64,000 nucleotides of DNA. It comes from a plasmid. Of this stretch, positions 1 through 12,360 are shown piece after piece. Location of the stretch: the sequence record NZ_CP020440.2. One strand, given 5' to 3'. A program made the position numbers and the translations under genes. The stretch's first letter is position 1, and every line of letters begins with the position of its first letter. A model generated the notes under the pieces. The model searched no databases and was not told the DNA's origin. It saw nothing but the letters and a program-made list of their open reading frames with translations.

Positions 1-758
1 AGCACCACCTGGACGCGCCGCACGGGCACCCCCAGCGCCGCCGCCGACTGCGCGCCAAAGGCAAAGGCGTCCATCGCCCGCGCGTGCCACAGGCAGGCCA
101 GATAGCCCAGCAGCGCCGCGGGGACCGCCAGCGTCACGTCGGGCCAGCGCACGCCCGACAGGTTGCCCAGAAGCCAGAACATGATGCCGCGCGCCTGTTC
201 GGCATTCGCTGAACGCGCGATGAAGAACGAGGTCAGCGCATTGAACAGCTGCGATCCCGCGATGCCCGCCAGGACCAGCTGCGCGGGTCCGCCCCCCGCC
301 GCCCGGGCCAGCGCCGCGACCAGGCCAAAGGCCAGTCCCGCCCCGGCAAAGGCGCCCATCGACAGGCCGATCAGCCCGCCGCCCAGGCCCATGATCGTGA
401 CCGCGACCGCCCCGGTCCCCGCCCCAGCGGAAACGCCCAGCAGATAGGGATCGGCCAGCGCGTTCCTGACCAGCGACTGCAGGACGACGCCCGCCAGCGC
501 CAGCCCCGCTCCGCACCCCGCCGCGACCAGCGTGCGGGGCAGGCGATAGTTCCACAGGATGCCGGCCTCGATCGGGTCGACCGCGTGGGTCCCCAGGCCC
601 AGCCGGTCGGCCAGCACCGCCAGCACGGTCAGGGGCGAGACCGGGGTTTCCCCGATCGCGACCCCGGCCAGCACGGCCAGCGCCAGCAGGGCCCCGCCAA
701 GCGCCCCCCGCCGCAGCAGGACGGGCGCGCGCGGGGCCGGGGCTGCGGCCTCGGTCAT
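1..758 (-). CDS. FecCD-family ABC transporter permease (BtuC/FepD-like), C-terminal end truncated by the window edge
   Basis: Reverse-strand translation from the ATG at 758 reads MTEAAAPAPRAPVLLRRGALGGALLALAVLAGVAIGETPVSPLTVLAVLADRLGLG...RTLVAAGCGAGLALAGVVLQSL.... This is a typical FecCD permease N-terminus with glycine-rich TM helices. The start overlaps the stop of the upstream binding-protein gene (TCAT). The ORF track did not list it because it runs off the window. Confidence 0.75.
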   Translation of the reverse strand, partial: MTEAAAPAPRAPVLLRRGALGGALLALAVLAGVAIGETPVSPLTVLAVLADRLGLGTHAVDPIEAGILWNYRLPRTLVAAGCGAGLALAGVVLQSLVRNALADPYLLGVSAGAGTGAVAVTIMGLGGGLIGLSMGAFAGAGLAFGLVAALARAAGGGPAQLVLAGIAGSQLFNALTSFFIARSANAEQARGIMFWLLGNLSGVRWPDVTLAVPAALLGYLACLWHARAMDAFAFGAQSAAALGVPVRRVQVV

Positions 759-1765
759 TTCAGGCCAAGGCCGGGCAAGGCCTCGGCCAGGGTCTCAAGC
801 GCCGCGACGTTGCGGATCGAGGGGTCCATCGAATGGGCGTCCAGCACGATGATGCGGTCGTTCCTGACCGCGTCCACCTGGCTGGCCACCGGGTCCGATT
901 TCAGGAAGGCGAGCTTCTTTTCCACGTCGTCCGCCTCGAACCGGCGGCGGTCCATGCGCGCCACCACGATGACCGAAGGGTTGGCGCGGGCGATGCTTTC
1001 CCAGCTGACGGTCGGCCATTCCTCGTCGCTTTCGACCACGTTGCTCAGGCCAAGCGCCTGCATCATGGAGCCGGGCGGCCCCTTGCGCCCCGCCACATAG
1101 GGGTCGATGTCCATCTCGGCCGAGGAAAACCAGAACACCGCCGAGGCATCCTTGAGGTCAAGCGCCCGCGCCTTTTCGACGGCGGCGGCCTCGCGCGCCT
1201 TCAGGCTGTCGACCAGCGCCTCGCCCCGGTCAGACACGTCGAAGATCTGCGACAGTTCGCGCACGCCGGCATAGACGCTTTCCATCTCGAACATGGCGGT
1301 GCGCGTGCCGTCGGATCCGGTCGAATTGTCCTTGGCCCAGCAATCGGCCGGCAGGATATAGGTCGGGATGCCCAGGTCGTCGAACTGCTCGCGCGTGGCC
1401 ACGATCCCCTGCGGGCCGACGTGCCATTCGTATTGCACGGCGACCAGCCCGGGCCGCTTGGCGACCACGGCTTCGAAGGAAGGATCGTTGTCGGCCAGCC
1501 GCTCAATCCCGGCATTCACCGCCTCGTATTCGGGCAGGACCTTGGTGAACCAGACGGCGGTGCCGGTCACCTTGTCGGCCAGGTCCAGCGCATAGAGCAC
1601 CTCGGTCGCGGCCTGGCCCAGGCTGACCACGCTGTCGGGCGCCTGCTGGAAGGTCAGCGTGCGACCGCAGTTTTCAAGCTGCAGCGGATAGGCGGTTTCG
1701 GCCGCGGCGGGCAGCGCAAGACAGGTCGCGCCGAGCAGCGGGGCGAGAAAACGGGCAGACGTCAT
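755..1765 (-). CDS. ABC transporter periplasmic substrate-binding protein, TroA/BtuF/FecB class (predicted cobalamin-binding)
   Basis: This is the internal Met of ORF 755..1996, MTSARFLAPLLGATCLALPAAAETAYPLQLENCGRTLTF..., which carries a signal peptide. The VVSLGQAATEVLYAL and IIVLDAHS segments are typical of cluster A-2 binding proteins. It lies upstream of a FecCD permease and downstream of a cobalamin riboswitch. Confidence 0.8.
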   Translation of the reverse strand: MTSARFLAPLLGATCLALPAAAETAYPLQLENCGRTLTFQQAPDSVVSLGQAATEVLYALDLADKVTGTAVWFTKVLPEYEAVNAGIERLADNDPSFEAVVAKRPGLVAVQYEWHVGPQGIVATREQFDDLGIPTYILPADCWAKDNSTGSDGTRTAMFEMESVYAGVRELSQIFDVSDRGEALVDSLKAREAAAVEKARALDLKDASAVFWFSSAEMDIDPYVAGRKGPPGSMMQALGLSNVVESDEEWPTVSWESIARANPSVIVVARMDRRRFEADDVEKKLAFLKSDPVASQVDAVRNDRIIVLDAHSMDPSIRNVAALETLAEALPGLGLK

Positions 1766-1939
1766 GGGTGATCTCCGGTCATGAGAGCGACCGGAGACAG
1801 GCGAACGGGAGGAGCAGCCCAGGACCAGGCGCGCGCCGGGGGCGGCGCGGTCTGACGGAAACGGGCGTGACGGGTCACGCCGGGGGCAAACATCATAGGA
1901 CACCTCCCCGGACACCCCGCCCGGGCCGCGTTGCATTTG

Positions 1940-2110
1940 TGCCGGCAGGTCTCCTGACTGGCGGGTCGCGGGGTTGTCGCGTCCTTCCCATGACAAGCGC
2001 CACAGTGGATGCGTTGCGAAAACCCTAGCCGCCTACAGTTGCGGGGGCAGTTCCGGTTCGCCTTGCGGGGTCGGACCCCGGGCCGGCGGCGGATTCCCTT
2101 TCAATTCCTT
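1940..2110 (-). promoter_or_regulatory. Cobalamin (AdoCbl) riboswitch in the 5' leader of the binding-protein/permease operon
   Basis: The minus strand reads ...AAAGGGAATCCGCCGCCGGCCCGGGGTCCGACCCCGCAAGGCGAACCGGAACTGCCCCCGCAACTGTAGGCGGC...CATGGGAAGGACGCGACAACCCCGCGACCCGCCAGTCAGGAGACCTGCCGGC. It has the B12 box AGTCAGGAGACCTGCC, an AGGGAA element, the GCCCCCGCAACTGT variant and a GGGAAGG element, about 170 nt upstream of the ATG at 1765. Confidence 0.65.
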
Positions 2111-2178
2111 TCGGAAACCGACGCATCCAGATAGCCCGGGCCGCACCACCGGGCAAGCCCCTTGTCACCGCGCGCGCG

Positions 2179-2943
2179 TCAGGGCGGGCAAAGCCGCACC
2201 GTGGTCCCCCAGTCGGCGCAGCGGGCCGCAAGGGCGCGGGGCAGCGGCTGGTCGGTGAAGACGGTGTCGATTTCGGACAGGCTGGCGATGCGGGCGGGTG
2301 CGGGGCGGCCCAGCTTGGAATGGTCGGTGACCAGGAAGGCGCGCCGCGCCTGGCGCAGGATCGCGCGGCTGACGCGGACCTCGGCCAGGTCGAAATCCAG
2401 CAGGTCCCCGTCGATGTCCAGCGCCGAGGTGCCGATCACCGCATAATCGACCTTGAACTGTTCGAAGAACTGGGTGGTCAGTTCGCCCACCAGCCCGCCG
2501 TCCGAACGCCGCAGCGCGCCCCCCGCCACCATGATCTCGCAGCCCGGGTTCGCCAGCAGGATGTTCGCGACGTTCATGTTGTTCGTCACCACCGTCAGGT
2601 TCTGGTGGTGGACCAGAGCGCGGGCCACCGCCTCGGTCGTGGTGCCCAGGTTCAGGATCAGGCTGGAGTTGTCGGGGATCGTCGCGGCGCAGGCGGCGCC
2701 GATGGCGGCCTTGGCCTCGGCGTTCATGCGGCGGCGCGATTCGTAGCCCAGGTTCACGGCGCCCGCGCGCGGCACCGCGCCGCCATGCACCCGGTCCAGC
2801 AGCCCCGCCTCGGCCATCTCGCCCAGGTCGCGGCGGATGGTCTGCAACGTCACCTCGAACCGCTGGGCCAGATCCTCGACCAGCACGCGGCCCTCGGACC
2901 GGGCAAGGTCCAGGATCTCGTTCTGCCGGATGCTCAGGGCCAT
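2179..2943 (-). CDS. glpR: DeoR-family transcriptional repressor of glycerol-3-phosphate regulon
   Basis: This is the internal Met of ORF 2179..3276, MALSIRQNEILDLARSEGRVLVEDLAQRFEVTLQTIRRDLGEMAEAGLLDRVHGG... It has a DeoR HTH followed by a sugar-phosphate binding domain, and is divergent from glpD. Confidence 0.85.
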   Translation of the reverse strand: MALSIRQNEILDLARSEGRVLVEDLAQRFEVTLQTIRRDLGEMAEAGLLDRVHGGAVPRAGAVNLGYESRRRMNAEAKAAIGAACAATIPDNSSLILNLGTTTEAVARALVHHQNLTVVTNNMNVANILLANPGCEIMVAGGALRRSDGGLVGELTTQFFEQFKVDYAVIGTSALDIDGDLLDFDLAEVRVSRAILRQARRAFLVTDHSKLGRPAPARIASLSEIDTVFTDQPLPRALAARCADWGTTVRLCPP

Positions 2944-3013
2944 GCGCCGTCCTTTCCTGTCCGACCGTCGCGCATGTGCGCAAACCGGCCGATCCGCGCG
3001 GTCAGAGGCGCAT

Positions 3014-3056
3014 GATTGTTCGTTTTTCCGGATTTCGCAAGACAAACGAAAATATT
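3014..3056. promoter_or_regulatory. Candidate GlpR operator in the glpR/glpD divergent intergenic region
   Basis: An inverted repeat TGTTCGTTTT...AAACGAAAA sits in an A/T-rich stretch (tgttcgtttttccggatttcgcaagacaaacgaaaatattcattgac). It resembles TGTTCG/CGAACA DeoR-type half-sites. Confidence 0.3.
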
Positions 3057-3118
3057 CATTGACGACTGCGTGAGCGGCGATGCACCTTCGCCCCAAGGGC
3101 TGAGGCCGTGGAGGGGTT

Positions 3119-4711
3119 TTGGTGTCGACGCAGCCGGGGTCGGTCAGCGACCTGTTCATCCTTGGGGGCGGCATCAACGGCTGCGGCATCGCGCGGGACG
3201 CCGCCGGCCGGGGCCTGTCGGTCACGCTGGCCGAGATGGGGGACCTGGCGCAGGCCACCTCCAGCGCCTCGACCAAGCTGTTCCACGGCGGGCTGCGCTA
3301 TCTGGAGTTCTTCGAGTTCCGCTTGGTCCGCGAGGCCCTCGAGGAACGCGAGACGTTGCTGCGCGCCATGCCCCACATCAGCTGGCCCATGCGCTTTGTC
3401 CTGCCTTGGTCGCCCGAGATGCGCTTTGAAAGCGACACGCCCACCTCGCGCCTGCTGGGGCTGGTCATGCCCTGGATGCGCGGGCGTCGGCCGGCCTGGC
3501 TGATCCGGCTGGGGCTGTTTTTGTACGACCACATCGGCGGGCGGCGCATCCTGCCCGGCACGCGCCGGCTGGACCTGTCGACGGACCCGCTGGGCGCGCC
3601 GCTGAAGCCGTTCCGCCGCGCCTGGGAATATTCCGATTGCTGGGTGCAGGACGCCCGGCTGGTGGTGCTGAACGCCCGCGACGCCGAGGCGCGCGGCGCA
3701 ACCATCCTGCCCCGCACCCGGGTCACCCGCGCGACCCGCACGGACGGGCTGTGGCAGATCCGGACCGAGGGCGAGGACGGCCCCCGCACCCACCACGCCC
3801 GCGCGCTGGTCAATGCCGCCGGTCCCTGGGTGGCCGAGGTGATCCGCGACGTCGCGCATATCGGCTCGACCGAAAGCGTCCGCCTGGTGCGCGGCAGCCA
3901 TATCGTCGTGCCGCGCCTTTACGATCACGACCGCTGCTATTTCTTCCAGGGCAGCGACGGGCGGATCATCTTTGCCATCCCCTATGAACAGGACTTCACC
4001 CTGATCGGCACGACCGACGTGGACCACCACGGCGCGCCCGGCGACGCCCGCTGCACGCCTGATGAGCGCGACTACCTGTGCCGCTTCGCCAGCGCCTATT
4101 TCCGTGCGCCGGTCACGCCCGACCAGGTGGTCTGGACCTATTCCGGGGTGCGGCCGCTTTACAACGACGGCGCCAAGTCGGCGACGGCGGCGACGCGCGA
4201 CTATGTGCTGAGCCTGGACCCGGACGGCCCGCCGCTGCTGAACGTCTTTGGTGGCAAGATCACCACCTATCGCCGCCTGGCCGAAAGCGCGCTGGCGAAA
4301 CTGGGGCCGTTCTTTCCCAAGGCGGGCGGGCCCTGGACCGCCGGCGTCCCCTTGCCCGGCGGCGATTTCCCGGTCGATGGCGTCGAGGCGCTGCGGGCCG
4401 AGATCGCCGCCCGCTATCCCTTCCTGACCCCGCGCGAGGTGCGGCGCCTGCTGCGCACCCACGGGACGGAAACCTTCGCCGTCCTGGGCACGGCGCAGGC
4501 GCGCGAGGACCTGGGCCGGGACTTCGGCGCCGGCCTGTCCGAGGCCGAGGTGCGCTGGTTCCTGGATCGCGAATTCGCCCGGACGGCAGAGGACGTCCTG
4601 TGGCGGCGCACCAAGCTGGGCCTGCACATGACCCCGGCCCAGATCGCGGCGCTGGGGGAGTGGCTGGGCGAAACGGCCCCCTCCGCCGCGGCGCAGGGGG
4701 GCCATCCATGA
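3119..4711 (+). CDS. glpD: FAD-dependent aerobic glycerol-3-phosphate dehydrogenase
   Basis: The protein has the LFILGGGINGCGIARDAAGRGLSVTLAEMGDLAQATSSASTKLFHGGLRYLE dinucleotide-binding signature and is 530 aa. The start is TTG or GTG at 3119/3122. Confidence 0.9.
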   Translation: MVSTQPGSVSDLFILGGGINGCGIARDAAGRGLSVTLAEMGDLAQATSSASTKLFHGGLRYLEFFEFRLVREALEERETLLRAMPHISWPMRFVLPWSPEMRFESDTPTSRLLGLVMPWMRGRRPAWLIRLGLFLYDHIGGRRILPGTRRLDLSTDPLGAPLKPFRRAWEYSDCWVQDARLVVLNARDAEARGATILPRTRVTRATRTDGLWQIRTEGEDGPRTHHARALVNAAGPWVAEVIRDVAHIGSTESVRLVRGSHIVVPRLYDHDRCYFFQGSDGRIIFAIPYEQDFTLIGTTDVDHHGAPGDARCTPDERDYLCRFASAYFRAPVTPDQVVWTYSGVRPLYNDGAKSATAATRDYVLSLDPDGPPLLNVFGGKITTYRRLAESALAKLGPFFPKAGGPWTAGVPLPGGDFPVDGVEALRAEIAARYPFLTPREVRRLLRTHGTETFAVLGTAQAREDLGRDFGAGLSEAEVRWFLDREFARTAEDVLWRRTKLGLHMTPAQIAALGEWLGETAPSAAAQGGHP

Positions 4712-5790
4712 CGCTGGAGCTGCAAGGTGTGTCCCGATCGGTCGAAGGCCGGGTCCATATCCATCCCACGGAGCTGGTGTTTCGGGGCGGCACGATGAAC
4801 GTGCTGCTGGGCCCGACGCTTGCCGGCAAGACCAGCCTGATGCGGCTGATGGTCGGGCTGGACCAGCCGACCACCGGCCGCATCCTGTGGGACGGCGCGG
4901 ACGTGACCGGCCAGCGCGTGCAGGATCGCGGTGTCGCCATGGTCTATCAGCAGTTCATCAACTATCCCGGCCTGACGGTCTACGAAAACATCGCCTCGCC
5001 CCTGCGCATCCTGCGTCGGCCCCGGGCCGAGATCGACGCCCGCGTGCGCGAGATCGCCGCCATGCTGCGCCTGACCCCGATGCTGGACCGCCGCCCGCTG
5101 GACCTGTCGGGCGGCCAGCAGCAGCGCTGCGCGCTGGCCCGCGCGCTGGTCAAGGGGGCGGGGCTGGTGGTGCTGGACGAGCCGCTGGCGAACCTCGACT
5201 ACAAGCTGCGCGAGGAATTGCGCGTCGAAATCCCCCGCATCTTCGAGGCATCGGGCGCGATCTTCGTCTATGCCACCACCGAACCCGAGGAGGCGCTGCT
5301 GCTGGGCGGCAATACCGCGACCCTTTGGGAAGGCCGCGTGACCCAGTTCGGGCCGACGCCGCAGGTCTATCGCCAGCCGCAGGACGCGATCACCGCGCGG
5401 GTGTTTTCCGACCCGCCGATGAACTTCGCCCCGGCCGAACGCCGGGGCGGGCGGCTGGTGCTGGGCCAGGGCGTCGCCGCCCCCACGGCGGCCGGGGACC
5501 TGGCCGACGGCACCTATCTGGCGGGCTTTCGGGCCAATCACCTGTCGATCGCGCGCCCTTCCCCGGCGGCGCTGGAGTTCCCCTGCGAGGTTGTCGTGAC
5601 CGAAATCACCGGATCGCAAAGCTTCCTGCACGTCACCCATGGCCCGGAACGCTGGGTGGCGCTGGTCGAGGGCGTCCACGACCTGGCCCCCGGAACCGCC
5701 CTGCCGCTGTGGCTGGATCCCGGCCATGTCTATCTGTTCGACGGCGACGGGCGGCTGGCCGCCTCGGCCCGCCATGCGCGGGCGGCCTGA
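4708..5790 (+). CDS. ABC transporter ATP-binding protein (glycerol uptake, GlpS-like; MalK/UgpC family with C-terminal TOBE domain)
   Basis: This is the internal Met of ORF 4078..5790, MTLELQGVSRSVEGRVHIH...LLGPTLAGKTSLMRL...LSGGQQQRCALARAL...LDEPLANLD. Its ATG overlaps the glpD stop (ATGA). Confidence 0.85.
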   Translation: MTLELQGVSRSVEGRVHIHPTELVFRGGTMNVLLGPTLAGKTSLMRLMVGLDQPTTGRILWDGADVTGQRVQDRGVAMVYQQFINYPGLTVYENIASPLRILRRPRAEIDARVREIAAMLRLTPMLDRRPLDLSGGQQQRCALARALVKGAGLVVLDEPLANLDYKLREELRVEIPRIFEASGAIFVYATTEPEEALLLGGNTATLWEGRVTQFGPTPQVYRQPQDAITARVFSDPPMNFAPAERRGGRLVLGQGVAAPTAAGDLADGTYLAGFRANHLSIARPSPAALEFPCEVVVTEITGSQSFLHVTHGPERWVALVEGVHDLAPGTALPLWLDPGHVYLFDGDGRLAASARHARAA

Positions 5791-5791
5791 C

Positions 5792-8557
<2,766 letters not shown>

Positions 8558-8558
<1 letters not shown>

Positions 8559-8974
8559 TGGCCGGCCCCGCCGCCCGCCCCGCCCGCTGGCCCGCGATCT
8601 ATGCGCTGGCCGTCCTGATCCTGGGCGCCGCGCTGGCCTTTCTGGTCTGGGCCACACCCGTCCGGGACGGCGCCCGCGACTGGACCGCGCCGATGATCCC
8701 GGGCGGCTGGATGGCCTGGACATTCCCGGTCGCGGCCTTCTTCTGGACCATCGCCAGCCTTCTGGTGCTGTTCACCATACTGGCGATCCGTTTTCCCGAA
8801 ACCCCGCGGCGCGGCATCCTGCGGACGCTGACGACGCGGGGCGACCGGCTGTTCATCACGCTGCTCGGCTCGGCCTTCATCTGCCTGGGCTGGCTGTTCT
8901 TTGCCGGGCCGCCGCTGTGGTGGGCGCTCGGCCTGTGCCTTGTCTATGCCGCAGCGGTGTTCCGCTGGGTCTGA
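8558..8974 (+). CDS. Small integral membrane protein, DUF2160-like, embedded in the glycerol ABC operon
   Basis: This is the internal Met of ORF 7820..8974, MAGPAARPARWPAIYALAVLILGAALAFLVWATPVRDGARDWTAPMIPGGWMAWTFPVAAFFWTIASLLVLFTILAIRF... It is 138 aa with 3-4 predicted TM helices. Its ATG overlaps the permease stop (TGATG). Confidence 0.65.
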
Positions 8975-9031
8975 AATACCCGCCGCAGAGGGGGCGGCGG
9001 GAACGCAGGACGTCTCATCAGGGAGGATGAC

Positions 9032-10753
9032 ATGAGACCGACACGAACGACCACCGCCATCGCGCTGGCGCTGATGGTGACGGGGGCCCCGGCCTGGGCC
9101 GACATGGAGGCCGCCAAGGCATTCCTGGACGCCGAGATCGGGGATCTGTCCACCCTGTCCCGCGCCGACCAGGAAAAGGAGATGCAGTGGTTCATCGACG
9201 CCGCCAAGCCCCTGGCCGGGATGGAGATCAAGGTGGTGTCCGAGACGATCACCACCCATGAATACGAATCCAAGGTCCTGGCCCCGGCCTTCAGCGCCAT
9301 CACCGGCATCAAGGTCACCCACGACCTGATCGGCGAAGGCGACGTCGTCGAAAAGCTGCAGACCCAGATGCAGACCGGCGAGAACATCTATGACGGCTAT
9401 ATCAACGACAGCGACCTGATCGGCACGCACTGGCGCTATCAGCAAGCCCGCGACCTGACCAAGTGGATGGCCGAGGAGGGCAAGGCCTTTACCAGCCCGA
9501 CGCTGGACCTGCCCGATTTCATCGGGCTGAAGTTCACCACTGCGCCCGACGGCGACCTGTATCAGCTGCCCGACCAGCAGTTCGCGAACCTCTACTGGTT
9601 CCGCTACGACTGGTTCAACGACCAGAAGACCAAGGACGACTTCAAGGCCAAGTACGGCTATGACCTGGGCGTCCCGGTGAACTGGTCCGCCTATGAGGAC
9701 ATCGCCGAATTCTTCACCGGCCGCGACATGTCCTATATCGAGGGCGGCCCCGCCAAGGCCTGGGGCAACATGGACTATGGCAAGAAGGACCCCAGCCTTG
9801 GCTGGCGCTATACCGATGCCTGGATGTCCATGGCCGGCATGGGCGACAAGGGCGAGCCGAACGGGCTCCCGGTCGACGAATGGGGCATCCGCGTCGACGA
9901 GAACTCGCGTCCCGTGGGATCCTGCGTCGCGCGCGGCGGCGCGACGAACGACGCCGCCGCCGTCTACGCGGTGACCAAGGCGATCGACTGGCTCAAGAAA
10001 TACACCCCGCCCGAAGCCCAGGGCATGACCTTCAGCGAGGCGGGGCCGGTTCCCGCGCGCGGCGACATCGCCCAGCAGATGTTCTGGTACACCGCCTTTA
10101 CCGCCGACATGGTCAAGGAAGGCACGCCGGTGATGAACGCGGACGGCACGCCGAAATGGCGCATGGCGCCCAGCCCGCACGGCGCCTACTGGTCCGAAGG
10201 CACCAAGATCGGCTATCAGGACGTGGGATCCTGGACGCTGATGAAATCCACGCCCGTGGACCGCGCGCAGGCCGCCTGGCTTTACGCGCAGTTCGTGACC
10301 TCGAAGACCGTGGACGTGAAGAAATCCCACGTCGGGCTGACCTTCATCCGCGACAGCACCATCCACGACAAGTCCTTCACCGAGCGCGCGCCCAAGCTGG
10401 GGGGCCTGATCGAGTTCTATCGCTCGCCCGCGCGCACCCAATGGTCGCCGACCGGGACCAATATCCCGGACTATCCCAAGCTCGCGCAGCTGTGGTGGCA
10501 GAACATCGGCGATGCCATGTCGGGCGCCAAGACCCCGCAAGAGGCGCTGGACAGCCTGTGCGCCGAACAGGAACGCGTGCTGGAACGGCTGGAACGCGCC
10601 GGCGTGCAGGGCGACCTTGGCCCCAAGATGAACGAGGAAAAGGACCCGCAGGAATGGCTGGACGCCCCCGGCGCGCCCGTCGCCAAGCTGGACAACGAAA
10701 AGCCCAAGGGCGAAACAGTGTCCTATGACGAGTTGATCAAGTCCTGGCAGTAA
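9032..10753 (+). CDS. ABC transporter periplasmic solute-binding protein, family 1, large (573 aa; predicted glycerol-binding GlpV-like)
   Basis: It has a signal peptide ([23 protein letters not shown]) and a strong RBS (GGGAGGA) upstream. It is the last transporter component before glpK. Confidence 0.8.
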   Translation: MRPTRTTTAIALALMVTGAPAWADMEAAKAFLDAEIGDLSTLSRADQEKEMQWFIDAAKPLAGMEIKVVSETITTHEYESKVLAPAFSAITGIKVTHDLIGEGDVVEKLQTQMQTGENIYDGYINDSDLIGTHWRYQQARDLTKWMAEEGKAFTSPTLDLPDFIGLKFTTAPDGDLYQLPDQQFANLYWFRYDWFNDQKTKDDFKAKYGYDLGVPVNWSAYEDIAEFFTGRDMSYIEGGPAKAWGNMDYGKKDPSLGWRYTDAWMSMAGMGDKGEPNGLPVDEWGIRVDENSRPVGSCVARGGATNDAAAVYAVTKAIDWLKKYTPPEAQGMTFSEAGPVPARGDIAQQMFWYTAFTADMVKEGTPVMNADGTPKWRMAPSPHGAYWSEGTKIGYQDVGSWTLMKSTPVDRAQAAWLYAQFVTSKTVDVKKSHVGLTFIRDSTIHDKSFTERAPKLGGLIEFYRSPARTQWSPTGTNIPDYPKLAQLWWQNIGDAMSGAKTPQEALDSLCAEQERVLERLERAGVQGDLGPKMNEEKDPQEWLDAPGAPVAKLDNEKPKGETVSYDELIKSWQ

Positions 10754-10760
10754 CACCAAA

Positions 10761-10786
10761 GGGGGCGGGGCGCCTGTCCCGCCCCC
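10761..10786 (+). terminator. GC-rich hairpin between the binding-protein gene and glpK (9-bp stem GGGGGCGGG/CCCGCCCCC, 8-nt loop), no U-tract
   Basis: A direct read of gggggcggggcgcctgtcccgccccc, 20 nt upstream of the glpK ATG. It is a possible intra-operon attenuator or RNA-processing site. Confidence 0.3.
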
Positions 10787-10805
10787 AGGCGACGGCGGAG
10801 CGTTC

Positions 10806-12299
10806 ATGTCCCATATCCTTTCCATCGACCAGGGAACCAGTTCCTCGCGCGCGATCGTCTTCGATGCCGCGCTGCGGGTGGTGTCCGTGGCGCAGGCCGA
10901 ATTTCCCCAGCACTTCCCGCAGCCCGGCTGGGTCGAACACGACCCCGGCGACCTGTGGGCCACGGTCGCGGCGACCGCGCGCTCGGCCATCGAACGGGCC
11001 GGCGCGCCCCGGATCGCGGCCATCGGCATCACCAACCAGCGCGAAACGACGCTGCTGTGGGACCGCGCGACAGGCAGGCCGCTGCACCGCGCCATCGTCT
11101 GGCAGGACCGCCGCACCGCCGACCTGTGCGAAGCGCTGGCCCCGCATCAGGCGCTGATCCGCGACCGCACGGGGCTGCTGCTCGACCCCTATTTCTCGGG
11201 GACCAAGCTGAAATGGCTGCTGGATCATGTCGAGGGCGCCCGCGCGCGGGCCCGGGCAGGCGAGTTGGCCTTCGGCACCGTGGACAGCTGGCTGATCTGG
11301 AACCTGACCGGCGGCAAGGCCCATGTGACCGACGCCACAAACGCCGCGCGGACGCTGCTTTACGACATCGGCGCGAATCGCTGGGACGAGGAAATCTGCG
11401 CCCTGCTGGACATCCCCATGGCGCTGCTGCCCGAGGTGCGCGATTGCGCGGCCGACTTCGGCACGACGCGGCCCGACCTGTTCGGCGGCTGCATCCCGAT
11501 CCTGGGCGTCGCGGGCGACCAGCAGGCCGCGACCGTGGGGCAGGCCTGCTTCCAGCCCGGCATGATGAAATCGACCTATGGCACGGGCTGTTTCGCGCTG
11601 CTGAACACCGGGGCGGAACGCGTGGCCTCGCAGAACCGGCTGCTGACCACGATCGCCTATCGGCTGGGGGGACGGACGACCTATGCGCTGGAAGGCTCGA
11701 TCTTTGTCGCGGGCGCGGTGGTGCAATGGCTGCGCGACGGGCTGAAGATCATCCGCCAGGCGGCCGAGACCCAGCCCCTGGCCGAGGCCGCCGATCCGGC
11801 CCAGCAGGTGGTGATGGTCCCCGCCTTCACCGGGCTTGGCGCGCCCTATTGGCGGCCCGAGTGCCGGGGCGCGATCTTTGGCCTGACGCGCAATTCGGGG
11901 CCTGCGGAACTGGCGCGCGCGGCCCTGGAAAGCGTGGGATACCAGACCCGCGACCTGTGGCAGGCCATGCAGGCCGATTGGCCCGGCGCGGGCCAGGCGG
12001 TGCTGCGCGTGGACGGCGGGCTTGCCGCCAGCGACTGGTCGATGCAGTTCCTGGCCGACATCCTGGGCGCGCCCGTGGATCGGCCGAAGGTGACCGAGAC
12101 GACGGCCCTTGGCGCCGCCTATCTGGCGGGGCTGCAAGCCGGCCTCTGTCCCGAGCCGGCCGAGTTTGCCGGACAATGGGCGCTGGATCGCCGGTTCGAG
12201 CCTCAGATGGACGAAGCCGAGCGCGCCAGGCGCTACCAGGGCTGGCAACGCGCCGTGCGCGCCACCATCGCCGCCGCCCCGGACGGCGCTGCCTCCTGA
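10806..12299 (+). CDS. glpK: Glycerol kinase
   Basis: The protein starts [20 protein letters not shown] and contains [15 protein letters not shown] and TYGTGCF, the canonical FGGY kinase motifs. It is 497 aa. Confidence 0.95.
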   Translation: MSHILSIDQGTSSSRAIVFDAALRVVSVAQAEFPQHFPQPGWVEHDPGDLWATVAATARSAIERAGAPRIAAIGITNQRETTLLWDRATGRPLHRAIVWQDRRTADLCEALAPHQALIRDRTGLLLDPYFSGTKLKWLLDHVEGARARARAGELAFGTVDSWLIWNLTGGKAHVTDATNAARTLLYDIGANRWDEEICALLDIPMALLPEVRDCAADFGTTRPDLFGGCIPILGVAGDQQAATVGQACFQPGMMKSTYGTGCFALLNTGAERVASQNRLLTTIAYRLGGRTTYALEGSIFVAGAVVQWLRDGLKIIRQAAETQPLAEAADPAQQVVMVPAFTGLGAPYWRPECRGAIFGLTRNSGPAELARAALESVGYQTRDLWQAMQADWPGAGQAVLRVDGGLAASDWSMQFLADILGAPVDRPKVTETTALGAAYLAGLQAGLCPEPAEFAGQWALDRRFEPQMDEAERARRYQGWQRAVRATIAAAPDGAAS

Positions 12300-12305
12300 G
12301 CCCAT

Positions 12306-12340
12306 GAAAAAGGGCGGCACCCGGCCGCCCCTTTCCCGAT
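12306..12340. terminator. Bidirectional stem-loop between convergent glpK and the DUF2076 gene
   Basis: aaaagggcggcacccggccgcccctttcc is an imperfect 10-bp stem flanked by A-run and T-run elements. Confidence 0.4.
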
Positions 12341-12360
12341 CCTGCCTTCGGGGCGCGAAC

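Noticed and set aside
3056-4705. 549-aa minus-strand ORF fully antisense to glpD. Similar very long antisense or out-of-frame ORFs include 4414..5805 (-), 8522..11116 (-), 10737..12446 (-), 14924..16498 (-), 19711..21576 (-), 20169..23036 (+), 41171..43456 (+) and 58691..61180 (-).
   Set aside because: They are shadow ORFs typical of >65% GC DNA, where stop codons are rare in all frames. They overlap well-supported genes encoding recognisable protein families, and their translations are Arg/Gly/Pro/Ala-rich low-complexity with no motifs.
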